A DNA stretch of 64,000 nt, taken from the IMG/VR virus record IMGVR_UViG_3300014204_000137, positions 1 to 64,000 of that record; one strand, 5' to 3'. The notes beneath the pieces are model-generated. The model did no database searches and was not told the DNA's origin. It saw only the letters and a program-made list of their open reading frames with translations. This stretch comes from a virus (lineage: Duplodnaviria; Caudoviricetes). The position numbers and the translations under genes were made by a program. Within the stretch, counting starts at the first letter, position 1. Every line of letters starts with the position of its first letter. Shown here one piece after another: positions 47,543 through 57,163 of the stretch.

Positions 47543-48573
47543 GTGATGAAAAGTTAACACAAGCAGCAACTGAACTTAATAAGTATTTCAAAAAGATGAT
47601 CATTGCTCCCGCATCTTTAATGATAGGATCAGAAATTCCTAGGATCTCTTCAGGCAGCATTGCATTAAATATAGAAATAGGCGGAGGATTTCCTAGAGGA
47701 AGGTTGATTGAAATTTTTGGTAGAGAGAGTTCAGGTAAAACGTACATTACTTTAAAGACTATGGCAGAGGCGCAAAAATTAGGTAAGGGATTATGGATTG
47801 ATGCTGAAGGCGTTTTTGATCCTGCTTGGAGTAAGTTAGTAGGAGTAGATTTAGATAAACTTGATTTAGCTGTTCCTGAAACTGGAGAACAAGCTGGTAC
47901 AATTTTAGACACAGCAGTTAGATCAAACGAATACTCTCTAATAGTTTTAGACTCAGTAGCATCTCTACTTCCAACAGAAGATTTAGAAAAAGCGATGAAC
48001 GAATCAGAACGCATTGGTAATAGAGCGATGATGATGAATCGTATCGTAAGAAAAATTCAATCTGGATTAAATACGAGAGTTGACGGAAAACCAAACCAAA
48101 CCTGCATCATATTTATTAATCAGATTAGAGAAAACATTGGAGTAACTTATGGAAACGCTGATGACACTCCTGGAGGATTAGGAGTTAGATTTGGTGCTTC
48201 AATGAGATTGCTTATGTGGAGAGCTGATTTAATAAAAGAGAAACCAGAAGAAGGAGATACAGGTGCATTATCAGATGGAAAAATAATTACGGGTATTACT
48301 ATCAAGTTTAAGACAGTTAAAAATAAAACCTTTACACCACTCAAGTCAGGACAATTCATTTTATATACTGAAGGGGAGAGAGGAGCGCAGATAGATAAGA
48401 CTGACGAAATTATGCGATATGGAATTGTGTCGGGAGTTATAAAACAGAGTGGACCCAGTTACGCTTATGCAGGACATAAATTTTTAGGTAAAGAAGCAGT
48501 AGCAAACTTCTTAAAAGAAAATCCAAAAGAGATAGATATTATATACGAAGAAATCAAAAAGGTATATAGATGA
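47539..48573 (+). CDS. recA: RecA recombinase
   Basis: GGGFPRGR, GRESSGKT, IDAE, VLDSVA, FINQIRE, TPGG, VKNK. Confidence 0.95.
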   Translation: MSDEKLTQAATELNKYFKKMIIAPASLMIGSEIPRISSGSIALNIEIGGGFPRGRLIEIFGRESSGKTYITLKTMAEAQKLGKGLWIDAEGVFDPAWSKLVGVDLDKLDLAVPETGEQAGTILDTAVRSNEYSLIVLDSVASLLPTEDLEKAMNESERIGNRAMMMNRIVRKIQSGLNTRVDGKPNQTCIIFINQIRENIGVTYGNADDTPGGLGVRFGASMRLLMWRADLIKEKPEEGDTGALSDGKIITGITIKFKTVKNKTFTPLKSGQFILYTEGERGAQIDKTDEIMRYGIVSGVIKQSGPSYAYAGHKFLGKEAVANFLKENPKEIDIIYEEIKKVYR

Positions 48574-48872
48574 GTCTTCCAGGATATCTTCAACCAGAGA
48601 CTAATAGACATCGTTCAATAAGACAAGAGAAAAGAGTTCAACGTCAATTAGCTTCAGGTGCACTATGGCAACACAAAGGCGATCTAATCGACGATCTAGC
48701 AATGTATGAGTGTAAAATAGGAAAGAAACAAGTAACAGTAACATACGACATGCTTAAAAAGATCTTTGAAGAGGCTGGTAAAGAAGGTAAACAGCCAGTA
48801 TTGATTATTGAAATTGGAGATAAGCAATTTACTGGATTGGTCACTCACAATAAGAGAGGTGATATATGTTGA
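48570..48872 (+). CDS. PD-(D/E)XK nuclease (Hjc-like)
   Basis: QE, SGA...KGD, YECK. Confidence 0.7.
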   Translation: MSLPGYLQPETNRHRSIRQEKRVQRQLASGALWQHKGDLIDDLAMYECKIGKKQVTVTYDMLKKIFEEAGKEGKQPVLIIEIGDKQFTGLVTHNKRGDIC

Positions 48873-49612
48873 GAAAGATTGCAAGTTTTTTGAATCAATC
48901 GTTACGAATTTCAATTCGCGTTGTAACTCTAGCTGTTCTTTTATATGGATTCGCATTCGTCGCTTCTGTGAATAGCGTTTTACTTGAGCAAGATCAAAAA
49001 ACAGACGTAATTTGCGAAGCTATTAAGAACGCTCGATTATTAGCTATCTCGCGACAGACGCCCAATTTTGAAAATTTATTGAAGACGAATGTAGTAATTT
49101 ATAATTTAACAAAAGAGTGTGCGGGTTCGGGAGTAGTTTTAGATGTATACGGTAAAACGTATATTTTATCTGCAGCTCATCTAGATGATCCTACTGATCT
49201 ATTCTATATGGATGAGGACAACACGCCTATTAAATTAAAAATTGTAAAGACTGATAAGGTAAAAGATCTACTACTATTTGAAGCAGAGGCACTTCCCGCT
49301 ACTCTTCATACGTCAAGTCTAGCGTCAACTGAACCAAATATAGGAGAACGCGTTTGGGCAGTAGGTAATCCTGCAATGTTAGAAGACGCTATTACTTCTG
49401 GAGAAATTATGCAGAAAGAAAGAGACTCCTATTATTCGAACTGCTTAATTTATATGGGAAATAGTGGTGGAGGAATGTTTAATAAAAATGGTCAATTAGT
49501 AGGAATTAATGTGGGATTAAAATTTAGACCACCCCACTATGGAGTTAGCGTTTCAGTAAGACTTAAAGCAATTCTAGCATTCTTAGAAGAATTCAAAAAC
49601 GAGGTCAAGTGA
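48866..49612 (+). CDS. Membrane-anchored trypsin-like serine protease
   Basis: GSGV, SAAH, DLLL, VGNP, GNSGGG; N-terminal TM helix. Confidence 0.9.
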   Translation: MLRKIASFLNQSLRISIRVVTLAVLLYGFAFVASVNSVLLEQDQKTDVICEAIKNARLLAISRQTPNFENLLKTNVVIYNLTKECAGSGVVLDVYGKTYILSAAHLDDPTDLFYMDEDNTPIKLKIVKTDKVKDLLLFEAEALPATLHTSSLASTEPNIGERVWAVGNPAMLEDAITSGEIMQKERDSYYSNCLIYMGNSGGGMFNKNGQLVGINVGLKFRPPHYGVSVSVRLKAILAFLEEFKNEVK

Positions 49613-50565
49613 TAACATTTATTGCAGATTTACATCTCTCTATCAATAACAGGCTAGACGATTTTAAGAAGGTGTTGATAGAGCAAATAGTACCAGAGGC
49701 GAACAAATCGAAGAAGTTCTATATACTTGGAGACATCTACCACGATAGGAGACCCCACCCGCTTGAAATGAATGTATTCAGAGATTTCTTATTACTACTT
49801 AAGATTCCTACACTTATAATAGTGGGTAACCACGATAAGAATTTAACATCGAGCACCATAGATGAAATTCTAAAGTGGAACCTTCCAAATCTAACAGTAC
49901 AGTATCCACCATATGTAGATGAATGCGAAGGATTGACTCTATATTTAGATCATGATATGATCGAAGGAGCTAAATTAGGTCCTTCTAATATTAGCTTGGA
50001 TGTGAAGGGTGCTCGAAAGGTCTCTCAACTCCCGAAAACATTCGAGGGGCATGATGGAATTAAAAAAATAGATTTTTATCTGTTTGGACATATTCATAAA
50101 GCTCAAATAATTAATAAAGAGCCTCTTGTATTATACGTGGGGAGTATTGACCACATAGATTTTGCAGAACGCAATGAAGATAAATTTTTATTTCAAATAG
50201 ATGAGACTACAAAAAAGTATGGGTATAAAAAGTTAATTACTCGACCTATGATTCAGATCGAATTAGATTTAGGAAAAGAAGAATATATGTTTACAGCCGA
50301 TACAACAGACGCAATAGTTAAAGTAGTGGTGACAGGTACTAAAGCTCAAATAGGAAAGTTTAATGAAGGTCCTATAAGAGAAGCTTGCAAAAATTCGCTT
50401 AGATATTCTCTATTATATAGAATAATAAGAGAGAACATAATAAGGAGTGAATCTGTAAATGAGAGCAAGAATTCTAAGGAGTGCTTCAAAGAGTACGCAA
50501 AATTAAATCAATTTTCAGAAGAAGAAGTTAGAAGAGGAATGGAGATTTTAGGTGAACATCCTTAG
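49609..50565 (+). CDS. sbcD: Mre11/SbcD-like nuclease
   Basis: ADLH, GDIYH, GNHD, GHIH, Y.GS...DFAE. Confidence 0.9.
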   Translation: MITFIADLHLSINNRLDDFKKVLIEQIVPEANKSKKFYILGDIYHDRRPHPLEMNVFRDFLLLLKIPTLIIVGNHDKNLTSSTIDEILKWNLPNLTVQYPPYVDECEGLTLYLDHDMIEGAKLGPSNISLDVKGARKVSQLPKTFEGHDGIKKIDFYLFGHIHKAQIINKEPLVLYVGSIDHIDFAERNEDKFLFQIDETTKKYGYKKLITRPMIQIELDLGKEEYMFTADTTDAIVKVVVTGTKAQIGKFNEGPIREACKNSLRYSLLYRIIRENIIRSESVNESKNSKECFKEYAKLNQFSEEEVRRGMEILGEHP

Positions 50566-50869
50566 AGTAACTCTTCACAACTTCATGTCCTACAAGCATA
50601 TAGAGATAGACTTTAAGGAATCGGGAGTTTATAATTTAATAGGCTTAACTGGCTCAGGAAAGTCGGCAATACGCGATGCAATTACTTGGTGTTATTTTGG
50701 GAAGAGTAGAGTATCAGGAGCAGGTGACGAACTCATACATAACGGAGAAACTTTTATGTATGTGGTAGTTAACGCACTAATCAATAAAAAAGTTTATAGC
50801 GTAACTAGATCTAAAGAATTAAAGCAAACTACGAAATTAGAAGTAGAGGAACAAGTATGTTCGGAATAA
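50552..50869 (+). CDS. Rad50/SbcC ATPase, N-terminal fragment
   Basis: L.NFMSY, GLTGSGKS (Walker A), DAI.W..FG; stops after 105 aa. Confidence 0.85.
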   Translation: MNILRVTLHNFMSYKHIEIDFKESGVYNLIGLTGSGKSAIRDAITWCYFGKSRVSGAGDELIHNGETFMYVVVNALINKKVYSVTRSKELKQTTKLEVEEQVCSE

Positions 50870-51159
50870 AAATTCTTAAAGAAATTTTGGATAAGTTGAA
50901 CATCATTCTATCATATACTATGGTCGACACTAATACTTCACTTATGGATGTATATAATCACGTAGTCGATGAGCAACAGATTAGGGAGTTAAAAAATAAA
51001 AAACCTCCACGGTTATCAGAAGACGAAGAAAACACACTTATTATATTTGCACAACGTACTGGCAAGTTTAAAATAGATCAAGAACGAGGAGTGATGATAG
51101 TTGAGAAGGATGGATTCAACTATGAAATTCCAAAATCGAGATTACTGCACAATGAATAA
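50857..51159 (+). CDS. Hypothetical protein inserted between the Rad50 fragments
   Basis: 100-aa ORF with RBS gagga, overlapping both fragments. Confidence 0.7.
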   Translation: MFGIKILKEILDKLNIILSYTMVDTNTSLMDVYNHVVDEQQIRELKNKKPPRLSEDEENTLIIFAQRTGKFKIDQERGVMIVEKDGFNYEIPKSRLLHNE

Positions 51160-52381
51160 AACTGGTAACACACTTAGAGAGACACAAGAAGTTTTGGTAA
51201 ACTTATTAGGGTTCGATTATGATGTTTTCAAAACAACTAGCTGTTTTGAGCAAAATAATTCTGATGCGTTCTCTCAACTTAATCCTACAGAAGCAAAACA
51301 ATTAATAATGAAGCTACTCCAATTAGAGGAGTATTCTAGTTACGAGCAACTTGCTAGAGAAAAAGCAAATCTCTTTGAGAGCGAGCTTCAAGTAGCCAGC
51401 ATTACTCGTAACACATTAGCAACTGAATCTCAAAAACAAGTAGTAGATTTAGACAAGATTCAAAAAGAGATGAGTATTAATAAATTAAAAATTGAGACGT
51501 TAGAAGCAAAAAGAACTCTAATAAAAACTACCATAGAGATAGAGCAAAAATTGAAAGAACTGAAGCAAAGTAAATTAAAGTTTGATAGTATGGACAAATG
51601 CCCAACATGTTTACAAAAAGTACAACCCGAACATAAAAGTCAAATAGCTTCTAAATACGATCTAAAAATATCTGAACTAGAAAATTCGTTACCTAAGGAC
51701 ATAAAAACAACTGAACTTCGAGAAGTAGACGAAACTATTAGCAATCTCAAGCAAGCAAACTTAGAAGGTAAATTCTTAGTAGAGAGCCAAATTAAAAAAT
51801 CACAGACTGACGCTAATAACTTAGAAGAAGTAGATAAAAAGATTTTTAACCTAAAAGAAGAAATTGCTATCTATAAAAAACTAGCTACCGCTTTTGGGAG
51901 AAATGGTATACCTGCATTCATAATAGAGAATTCTATTCCCGAAATTGAGAGTAACGCAAACGAACTTCTAGATGAGTTGGAAATTAATATGCAGTTAAAA
52001 TTAGAACTTCAAAAAGAACTTAAGGGGGGAGGTACTTCTGAGACTCTAGATATTCAAGTATGTAGAGATAAGTGGCAGATGTCGTACTTCAACTTCTCCG
52101 GAGGAGAGAGATTCCTAATAGATTTAGTTTTGCGCATATCTCTAAGTGTTTTATTATTGCGTCGCAAGGGGTGCAATAATAGCACTCTTATTATAGATGA
52201 AGGATTTGGTAATTTGGATAGTGAAAATAGGATGAAGGCTTTAAAACTAGTATCAATAGTAAAGGAAAAGTATAACTTTCAAAAAATTATTATCATTTCA
52301 CATATTTCTGAGATACAAGATAGTATAGGTAATAAAATTAAAATAGTAAAACGCGGAACTGAAAGTTTTGTAGAGTTATAA
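51152..52381 (+). CDS. Rad50/SbcC ATPase, C-terminal fragment
   Basis: LLG.DYD.F....FEQ (Q-loop), CPTC hook, FSGGE, LIIDEGFGNLD, ISH. Confidence 0.9.
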   Translation: MNKTGNTLRETQEVLVNLLGFDYDVFKTTSCFEQNNSDAFSQLNPTEAKQLIMKLLQLEEYSSYEQLAREKANLFESELQVASITRNTLATESQKQVVDLDKIQKEMSINKLKIETLEAKRTLIKTTIEIEQKLKELKQSKLKFDSMDKCPTCLQKVQPEHKSQIASKYDLKISELENSLPKDIKTTELREVDETISNLKQANLEGKFLVESQIKKSQTDANNLEEVDKKIFNLKEEIAIYKKLATAFGRNGIPAFIIENSIPEIESNANELLDELEINMQLKLELQKELKGGGTSETLDIQVCRDKWQMSYFNFSGGERFLIDLVLRISLSVLLLRRKGCNNSTLIIDEGFGNLDSENRMKALKLVSIVKEKYNFQKIIIISHISEIQDSIGNKIKIVKRGTESFVEL

Positions 52382-52401
52382 TATAATTGAGGAGAATCAA
52401 T

Positions 52402-53373
52402 ATGCGCTCGAACAAGAGACTATCTAAAAAAGTAGTAGAGTTAGTAAATTCAGAACAATGGGAAAGAGCCGCAAGTAAAGTAGTTCCCATCCTCAGAAAA
52501 AATATTTTCGACATTTCTACTCCTAAAATAATTAAACAATCTCACGAAGAAGAAGCGGTATTACTTCTTTCTGACATCCACACGGGAATGATTAATAGAC
52601 ATCCTCTTACTGGAGAGGTAACGTACAACGACGAAATTAGATCAAAAGAATACGTCTACTTGCGAGATTCGATCAGTAGTGTAAAAGGTTTATTAGATAA
52701 ATCATTTAATATGAGGAACTTGCATATCTTCTGTTTAGGAGATATTGTTACCAACGATAGAATATTCGAGGGACAAAAATTTGAAATTAGTTGTGGTATC
52801 GGGGAGCAGATCTGGGTAGCAGTGAGAGACTTAACAAACTTTATAGGAGAAATGAAAAAGCTATTTATTACGGTTCACTTCGAGGGAGTGATAGGAAATC
52901 ATGGTAGAACGTTTCCAGATTATCAGACTGAACCTGTTCAAAATAATTTCGAATACCACCTATATAGAATTTTGCAAATGGTATTTGCAAATGATAAGCG
53001 AGTAAAGATAACTGTTCCCGAAACAGCTACTCATTCTGTAGATATCAGAGGACACAAGTATTATATGTCTCACGGAAATAACATTCGTGGATTGTCTAGA
53101 AATGCTTTAGAGAGATCCGTCAAAGACATCTTAGTAGCGTTACCAGAAGGATTTGACATTTATACGATTGGGCACCTCCACCGTTGTGAGAATATGGACC
53201 TTAATGAGAACTCAATGCTTTTAATTAATGGCTGTTGGATTAAAGCAGATTGCTTCGGATATGAAGTTTTCAAACAATTTAGCAATCCTCGTCAATGGTT
53301 TTTTGGAGTCAGTGATAAACGTCCAATAACTTGGTGGTATAGATTAGGATTACAGGCACCGGAGAAAAAATGA
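52402..53373 (+). CDS. Calcineurin-like metallophosphoesterase
   Basis: SDIH, GDIV, GNHGR, HGN, GHLH. Confidence 0.85.
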   Translation: MRSNKRLSKKVVELVNSEQWERAASKVVPILRKNIFDISTPKIIKQSHEEEAVLLLSDIHTGMINRHPLTGEVTYNDEIRSKEYVYLRDSISSVKGLLDKSFNMRNLHIFCLGDIVTNDRIFEGQKFEISCGIGEQIWVAVRDLTNFIGEMKKLFITVHFEGVIGNHGRTFPDYQTEPVQNNFEYHLYRILQMVFANDKRVKITVPETATHSVDIRGHKYYMSHGNNIRGLSRNALERSVKDILVALPEGFDIYTIGHLHRCENMDLNENSMLLINGCWIKADCFGYEVFKQFSNPRQWFFGVSDKRPITWWYRLGLQAPEKK

Positions 53374-53517
53374 AAAAGACTACTGTTGGGACCGTACCGG
53401 AACAGAAATGCGCGCATAAAATCCAAACGGTGACAGCTAGGAGAGACTGCACAATATCAGAAGCAGAGTTAGATAGAGAATTTTCAAGAGGTTTACCAGG
53501 AATGAGGGAGAGTGATT

Positions 53518-54168
53518 ATGATTAATTCGTACTTAGATTACACTGATCTTAATCTAGCGAAGCCATCTAAAGAAGTAATGGAATCAGTTAAGGATGCCAT
53601 CTTCTTGAACTGTTATGGCTTTTGTACATATATTAGCAACCACTTCTTAGTAGATAAGGTAGTAACTAGAGCGAATAGTCAGATCAAAAAGATTTATGTG
53701 GTGGGATTTCCGCAGGGAACCATGCGAGAGTATAGACGAGATCTCTCTCATATTGAATATTGTAACGCAGATGAGATTGATGTCGTATTACCAGCATACT
53801 TTCATTTTGACAAACTTATTAGAGCATCAAAGATGTTAAGTGCAGTACGAAAGTTAACTAAAGGAAAGGTTTTGAAAGTAATTATCGAGACCACTCTTTT
53901 AGACGAGAAGGGTATTTTTTCAGCAGTACGTTTAGTAGAAGATGTTGGAGGAGATTATATCAAAACCAATACGGGATTCATCCACACTAGAAGAACTCGT
54001 ACATTAGTGGAGGATGTTAAATTAATCAAGGAGTATACCAAACTACCTATTAAAGCGTCAGGGGGTATCCGCGATTATTCTCTAGCTAAAGAATTAGTAG
54101 ACGCAGGAGTTTCTAGAATAGGTACATCCTCAGCAAGACAAATCATTGATGGGGAGAAAGCGAGTTAA
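53518..54168 (+). CDS. deoC: Deoxyribose-phosphate aldolase
   Basis: VGFP.G, ADEID.V, KVIIET, IKTNTGF, KASGGIR, RIGTSS. Confidence 0.9.
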   Translation: MINSYLDYTDLNLAKPSKEVMESVKDAIFLNCYGFCTYISNHFLVDKVVTRANSQIKKIYVVGFPQGTMREYRRDLSHIEYCNADEIDVVLPAYFHFDKLIRASKMLSAVRKLTKGKVLKVIIETTLLDEKGIFSAVRLVEDVGGDYIKTNTGFIHTRRTRTLVEDVKLIKEYTKLPIKASGGIRDYSLAKELVDAGVSRIGTSSARQIIDGEKAS

Positions 54169-54170
54169 CA

Positions 54171-54713
54171 ATGTTGGAGAAGATGGCTGTAAGAGATAAA
54201 GTTGTGACGTATCTCGCCGGACCCATGGAAGGTGTTACAGCAGATAACGCAGTTGAGTGGAGAGATAGAATTACCCCAAAACTAAAAGAGTTTTTTGGCG
54301 ACAACATTATAACTGTAGATCCATGCAAGACAGAATCTGCTAAGTTAGAAGGACTAGTAGAAGAAGGGATGGACTTAAAGGATTCAAAAAAGATCATGAA
54401 GGGATGGAAAGATACTGGTAAGTGGCGTCAGTTTGATACTGCTATGAAACGAATTAGAGAAGCAGATTTAAAAGCAGTTAGAGATTCCGACTTCATCATA
54501 GTCTACTTAGATTTCAAAATCATTATGGGTGGAACTATTTCTGAAGTAGAACACGCATACGATTGGGGAATTCCAATCTACGCAGTCATCAAAGAACCCT
54601 CTGCTGCTAATAGTTGGGTGCTAGGTACAGTTCGACAAGGTGGAAGATATTTTCCAAACTTCACTCAATTACTAGAAGCGGTAACGAAAGATTATGTGAG
54701 GTTCAAAAAATGA
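54171..54713 (+). CDS. Second nucleoside 2-deoxyribosyltransferase / N-glycosidase family protein
   Basis: YLAGPM, DLKAVRDSD, GGTISEVEHA. Confidence 0.8.
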   Translation: MLEKMAVRDKVVTYLAGPMEGVTADNAVEWRDRITPKLKEFFGDNIITVDPCKTESAKLEGLVEEGMDLKDSKKIMKGWKDTGKWRQFDTAMKRIREADLKAVRDSDFIIVYLDFKIIMGGTISEVEHAYDWGIPIYAVIKEPSAANSWVLGTVRQGGRYFPNFTQLLEAVTKDYVRFKK

Positions 54714-55093
54714 ACTTGAAAATTACTATTCTTAGAGAAGGCGATGATGGACGAGGAAATATCATTACACCCGATGCTTGCAAAAGTTTAGTAGAACGAT
54801 TTAACAAAACTCCCGAGAAGATGTTTATCAAGTTAGGAGGAACCCCAATTAAGTTCGGCACTGTTAATTCATTGCAGCATGATGAAGAGAAGAGAGAAGT
54901 AGTAGGAGAAGTAGACCTTCATCTAGACTTTTCTATAGGAGGTAGAGTAGTATCTGATATTCAACTACCTCACGGAAGAAGCATTGTTGATTGCGAGTTA
55001 AAAGGTATCATAGCAACACTTACAGGAGGAACATTCCAAAATGGACAAGCAAGCGACGATTCAAAAAATAACAAAGATAGTGGAGGAGTTTAA
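54710..55093 (+). CDS. Degenerate prohead-protease-fold protein (putative)
   Basis: IITPDA, FSIGGRV and I.D.EL resemble 8466..9833; lacks the FYEH histidine. Confidence 0.45.
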   Translation: MNLKITILREGDDGRGNIITPDACKSLVERFNKTPEKMFIKLGGTPIKFGTVNSLQHDEEKREVVGEVDLHLDFSIGGRVVSDIQLPHGRSIVDCELKGIIATLTGGTFQNGQASDDSKNNKDSGGV

Positions 55094-55418
55094 AGGACAT
55101 CCTGAGTTTCTCAACATCGTAGTTGAAATGCTTGAGCTGCATAGCAGAAAGTCTAACGACTACGCCTCTGAAGAAAGTCCCTTTTCAAATATAGAACTTT
55201 GTGAACGAGCAAAATTTGACGCGTGGAAAGGAGTCATCATACGTTTAGGAGATAAGTACTCCAGACTACTAAATGCTCTAGCGGGTAAACTATTTAAGTG
55301 CGAAGGGGTAGAGGACGCTTTCCTAGATAACGCTTGCTACTCCATCATAGGACTTATTGAGTATAGAAAAGCACAACAGCAAAAAATAACTGGAGCTACT
55401 GGTCCAGCAAAGAGGTAA
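55041..55418 (+). CDS. Nucleotide-modification-associated domain (DUF1599/Nmad1-like)
   Basis: KSNDY, GVIIRLGDKYSRL, EDAFLD.ACY.II. Confidence 0.8.
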   Translation: MDKQATIQKITKIVEEFKGHPEFLNIVVEMLELHSRKSNDYASEESPFSNIELCERAKFDAWKGVIIRLGDKYSRLLNALAGKLFKCEGVEDAFLDNACYSIIGLIEYRKAQQQKITGATGPAKR

Positions 55419-55420
55419 GT

Positions 55421-55678
55421 ATGGAACTACTAATTAAGATTTGCGATATTTTAGCATGCGTAACTACAGTTTCTGGACTACTACTAGTTACGAGGCACTA
55501 TAAGTGGTGGATACTTTATACGTCTTCTAACCTCTTCTACTTAGTAGTTACACTTCATTCTAAACTACCAGGACTTACGTTACTAGGAGTAATCTTATTT
55601 TTTGTTGGAATAAAGAATTACTTTACTGAGAAGAAGAAATTCGAGAGGAGTAACCAAAATGGAATACTTAACAGCTAA
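55421..55678 (+). CDS. Small 3-TM membrane protein (PnuC-half-like)
   Basis: G..L......WW.L...SN pattern; three hydrophobic helices. Confidence 0.5.
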   Translation: MELLIKICDILACVTTVSGLLLVTRHYKWWILYTSSNLFYLVVTLHSKLPGLTLLGVILFFVGIKNYFTEKKKFERSNQNGILNS

Positions 55679-56027
55679 GAACATAGTAGGAATCCTAGTA
55701 GTCATCACTGGAATATTGGACGCTATAAAATATTGGATACAAGCAAACAAGATTAAACGATTGCGATCTGCAAAAGGAATGTCGCGTAGATTTATTAACT
55801 TTGCAATTCTTAGCGATTTAACTAAAATAGCGTACTCATTTCTTATACGAGACATCTACATCTTTTCTATTAGCGCACTCGCGTGTGTATGCATGTTTTA
55901 TATGTTTTACGAAATTTACCTTTACTATCCATATAGGAATAGAAAAAGAGACTACTTCAAAAGGCCCAGTCTAATCATCTATACTATTAATAGTTTACTA
56001 CCAAACAAACTTAGAAAGCACTTATAA
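55659..56027 (+). CDS. PQ-loop/SemiSWEET-like membrane protein
   Basis: Q..KI.R.RSAKGMS; three TM helices. Confidence 0.6.
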   Translation: MEYLTAKNIVGILVVITGILDAIKYWIQANKIKRLRSAKGMSRRFINFAILSDLTKIAYSFLIRDIYIFSISALACVCMFYMFYEIYLYYPYRNRKRDYFKRPSLIIYTINSLLPNKLRKHL

Positions 56028-56038
56028 GGAATTGGCGT

Positions 56039-56377
56039 ATGCTTACACCAACAAACATTTATCTATTGACTGGACTGTTCTTTGCAGTAGGTTTCTTAGA
56101 AATGTTATTTTGGAGTCTTCAAACAAAATCGCTAGTTAAAGATAGAATATTGAATACTTCCATCTTTACGGGTATATCTGTATTGATTTGGTATTATGTA
56201 GTTGATAACATTGCAAAAAATATGGGTAGTTGGTCATTAATGGTTGCATACGTAGTAGGATGCATTTTAGGAAATATAGTGACTATTAAGTTAGATTCGT
56301 ATATAGATAAGTTAGCAAGAGTGAGATTATGGAAAAAGAAGAAGAAAAGAAAACAACGAACCCTCAAGAAGAAATAA
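56039..56377 (+). CDS. Small 3-TM membrane protein (DUF5698-like)
   Basis: AYVVGC.LG motif; basic C-terminal tail. Confidence 0.5.
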   Translation: MLTPTNIYLLTGLFFAVGFLEMLFWSLQTKSLVKDRILNTSIFTGISVLIWYYVVDNIAKNMGSWSLMVAYVVGCILGNIVTIKLDSYIDKLARVRLWKKKKKRKQRTLKKK

Positions 56378-56592
56378 AGTTATTGACATACAATCCAGTT
56401 ACTGCTCCTGGTGAAGTATTGAAGATTGATCAAGTTCAAGTACCCATACCCATTGAAGTACCGAAAGGAGGTAGTGAAAAAAGAGAGTTAGAATGGTGGG
56501 AAGAAGTTTTATTAACGTTATTTGGAGGTCAGTACGAGCCTGAAATTAAAGAGAACCATAAGGAGTCAAACGATGCCAAGACTAGAGAATGA
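56329..56592 (+). CDS. Hypothetical protein
   Basis: 87-aa ORF. Confidence 0.5.
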   Translation: MEKEEEKKTTNPQEEIKLLTYNPVTAPGEVLKIDQVQVPIPIEVPKGGSEKRELEWWEEVLLTLFGGQYEPEIKENHKESNDAKTRE

Positions 56593-57163
56593 GTGTGGCG
56601 AAGAAAAACGTCGAGGTAAAAAATTTAGATTCAACCTTAAGAAATCACGCGAGTTATATTTATTCACAGAAATATCTAACGAAAGTATACAAGAACTAGT
56701 GGAGGATATTAGAGAACTTGATGCTGTCAAAAAGAAAAGTCCAATCCATTTATTTATTCATTCACCTGGAGGAGATATGGCTTCTGGGTTTGCTTTAATA
56801 GATGTAATACAAGGATGCAAGTGTCCTGTATATACATACGCCTTAGGTGAGATTTGTTCTATGGCACCTGCAATTTTTGTAGCTGGTACGAAAAGATTCA
56901 TCTCAAGACATACATACGTAATGCTTCATCCTGTCAGTTGTGGAGCGATTGATTACGTAGAGTTTGCCAAGAGTAGAATCCGTAACGCCGAGGCAGCAGA
57001 GAAGATGTACGATTCATACTTCAAAGAGCGAACAAAACTTCCTCGAAAGTTGTATGAAAAAGCAAAGTACACAGAATTGTGGCTCACTGCAGAAGAAGCA
57101 ATAAAGTATAAAATCGCCGACGGATACTACGAGGGCAAACATGACAATCGAACAACTGCTTGA
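56573..57163 (+). CDS. clpP: ClpP-family protease
   Basis: IHSPGG, ICSMA, MLHP, WLTAEEA..Y.IAD; start 56573 behind aaggag. Confidence 0.9.
   Translation: MPRLENECGEEKRRGKKFRFNLKKSRELYLFTEISNESIQELVEDIRELDAVKKKSPIHLFIHSPGGDMASGFALIDVIQGCKCPVYTYALGEICSMAPAIFVAGTKRFISRHTYVMLHPVSCGAIDYVEFAKSRIRNAEAAEKMYDSYFKERTKLPRKLYEKAKYTELWLTAEEAIKYKIADGYYEGKHDNRTTA

Noticed and set aside
50857-51159. Intein, group I intron or homing endonuclease in Rad50
   Set aside because: No intein terminal residues, no HNH/GIY-YIG/LAGLIDADG motif, and no non-coding room for an intron core
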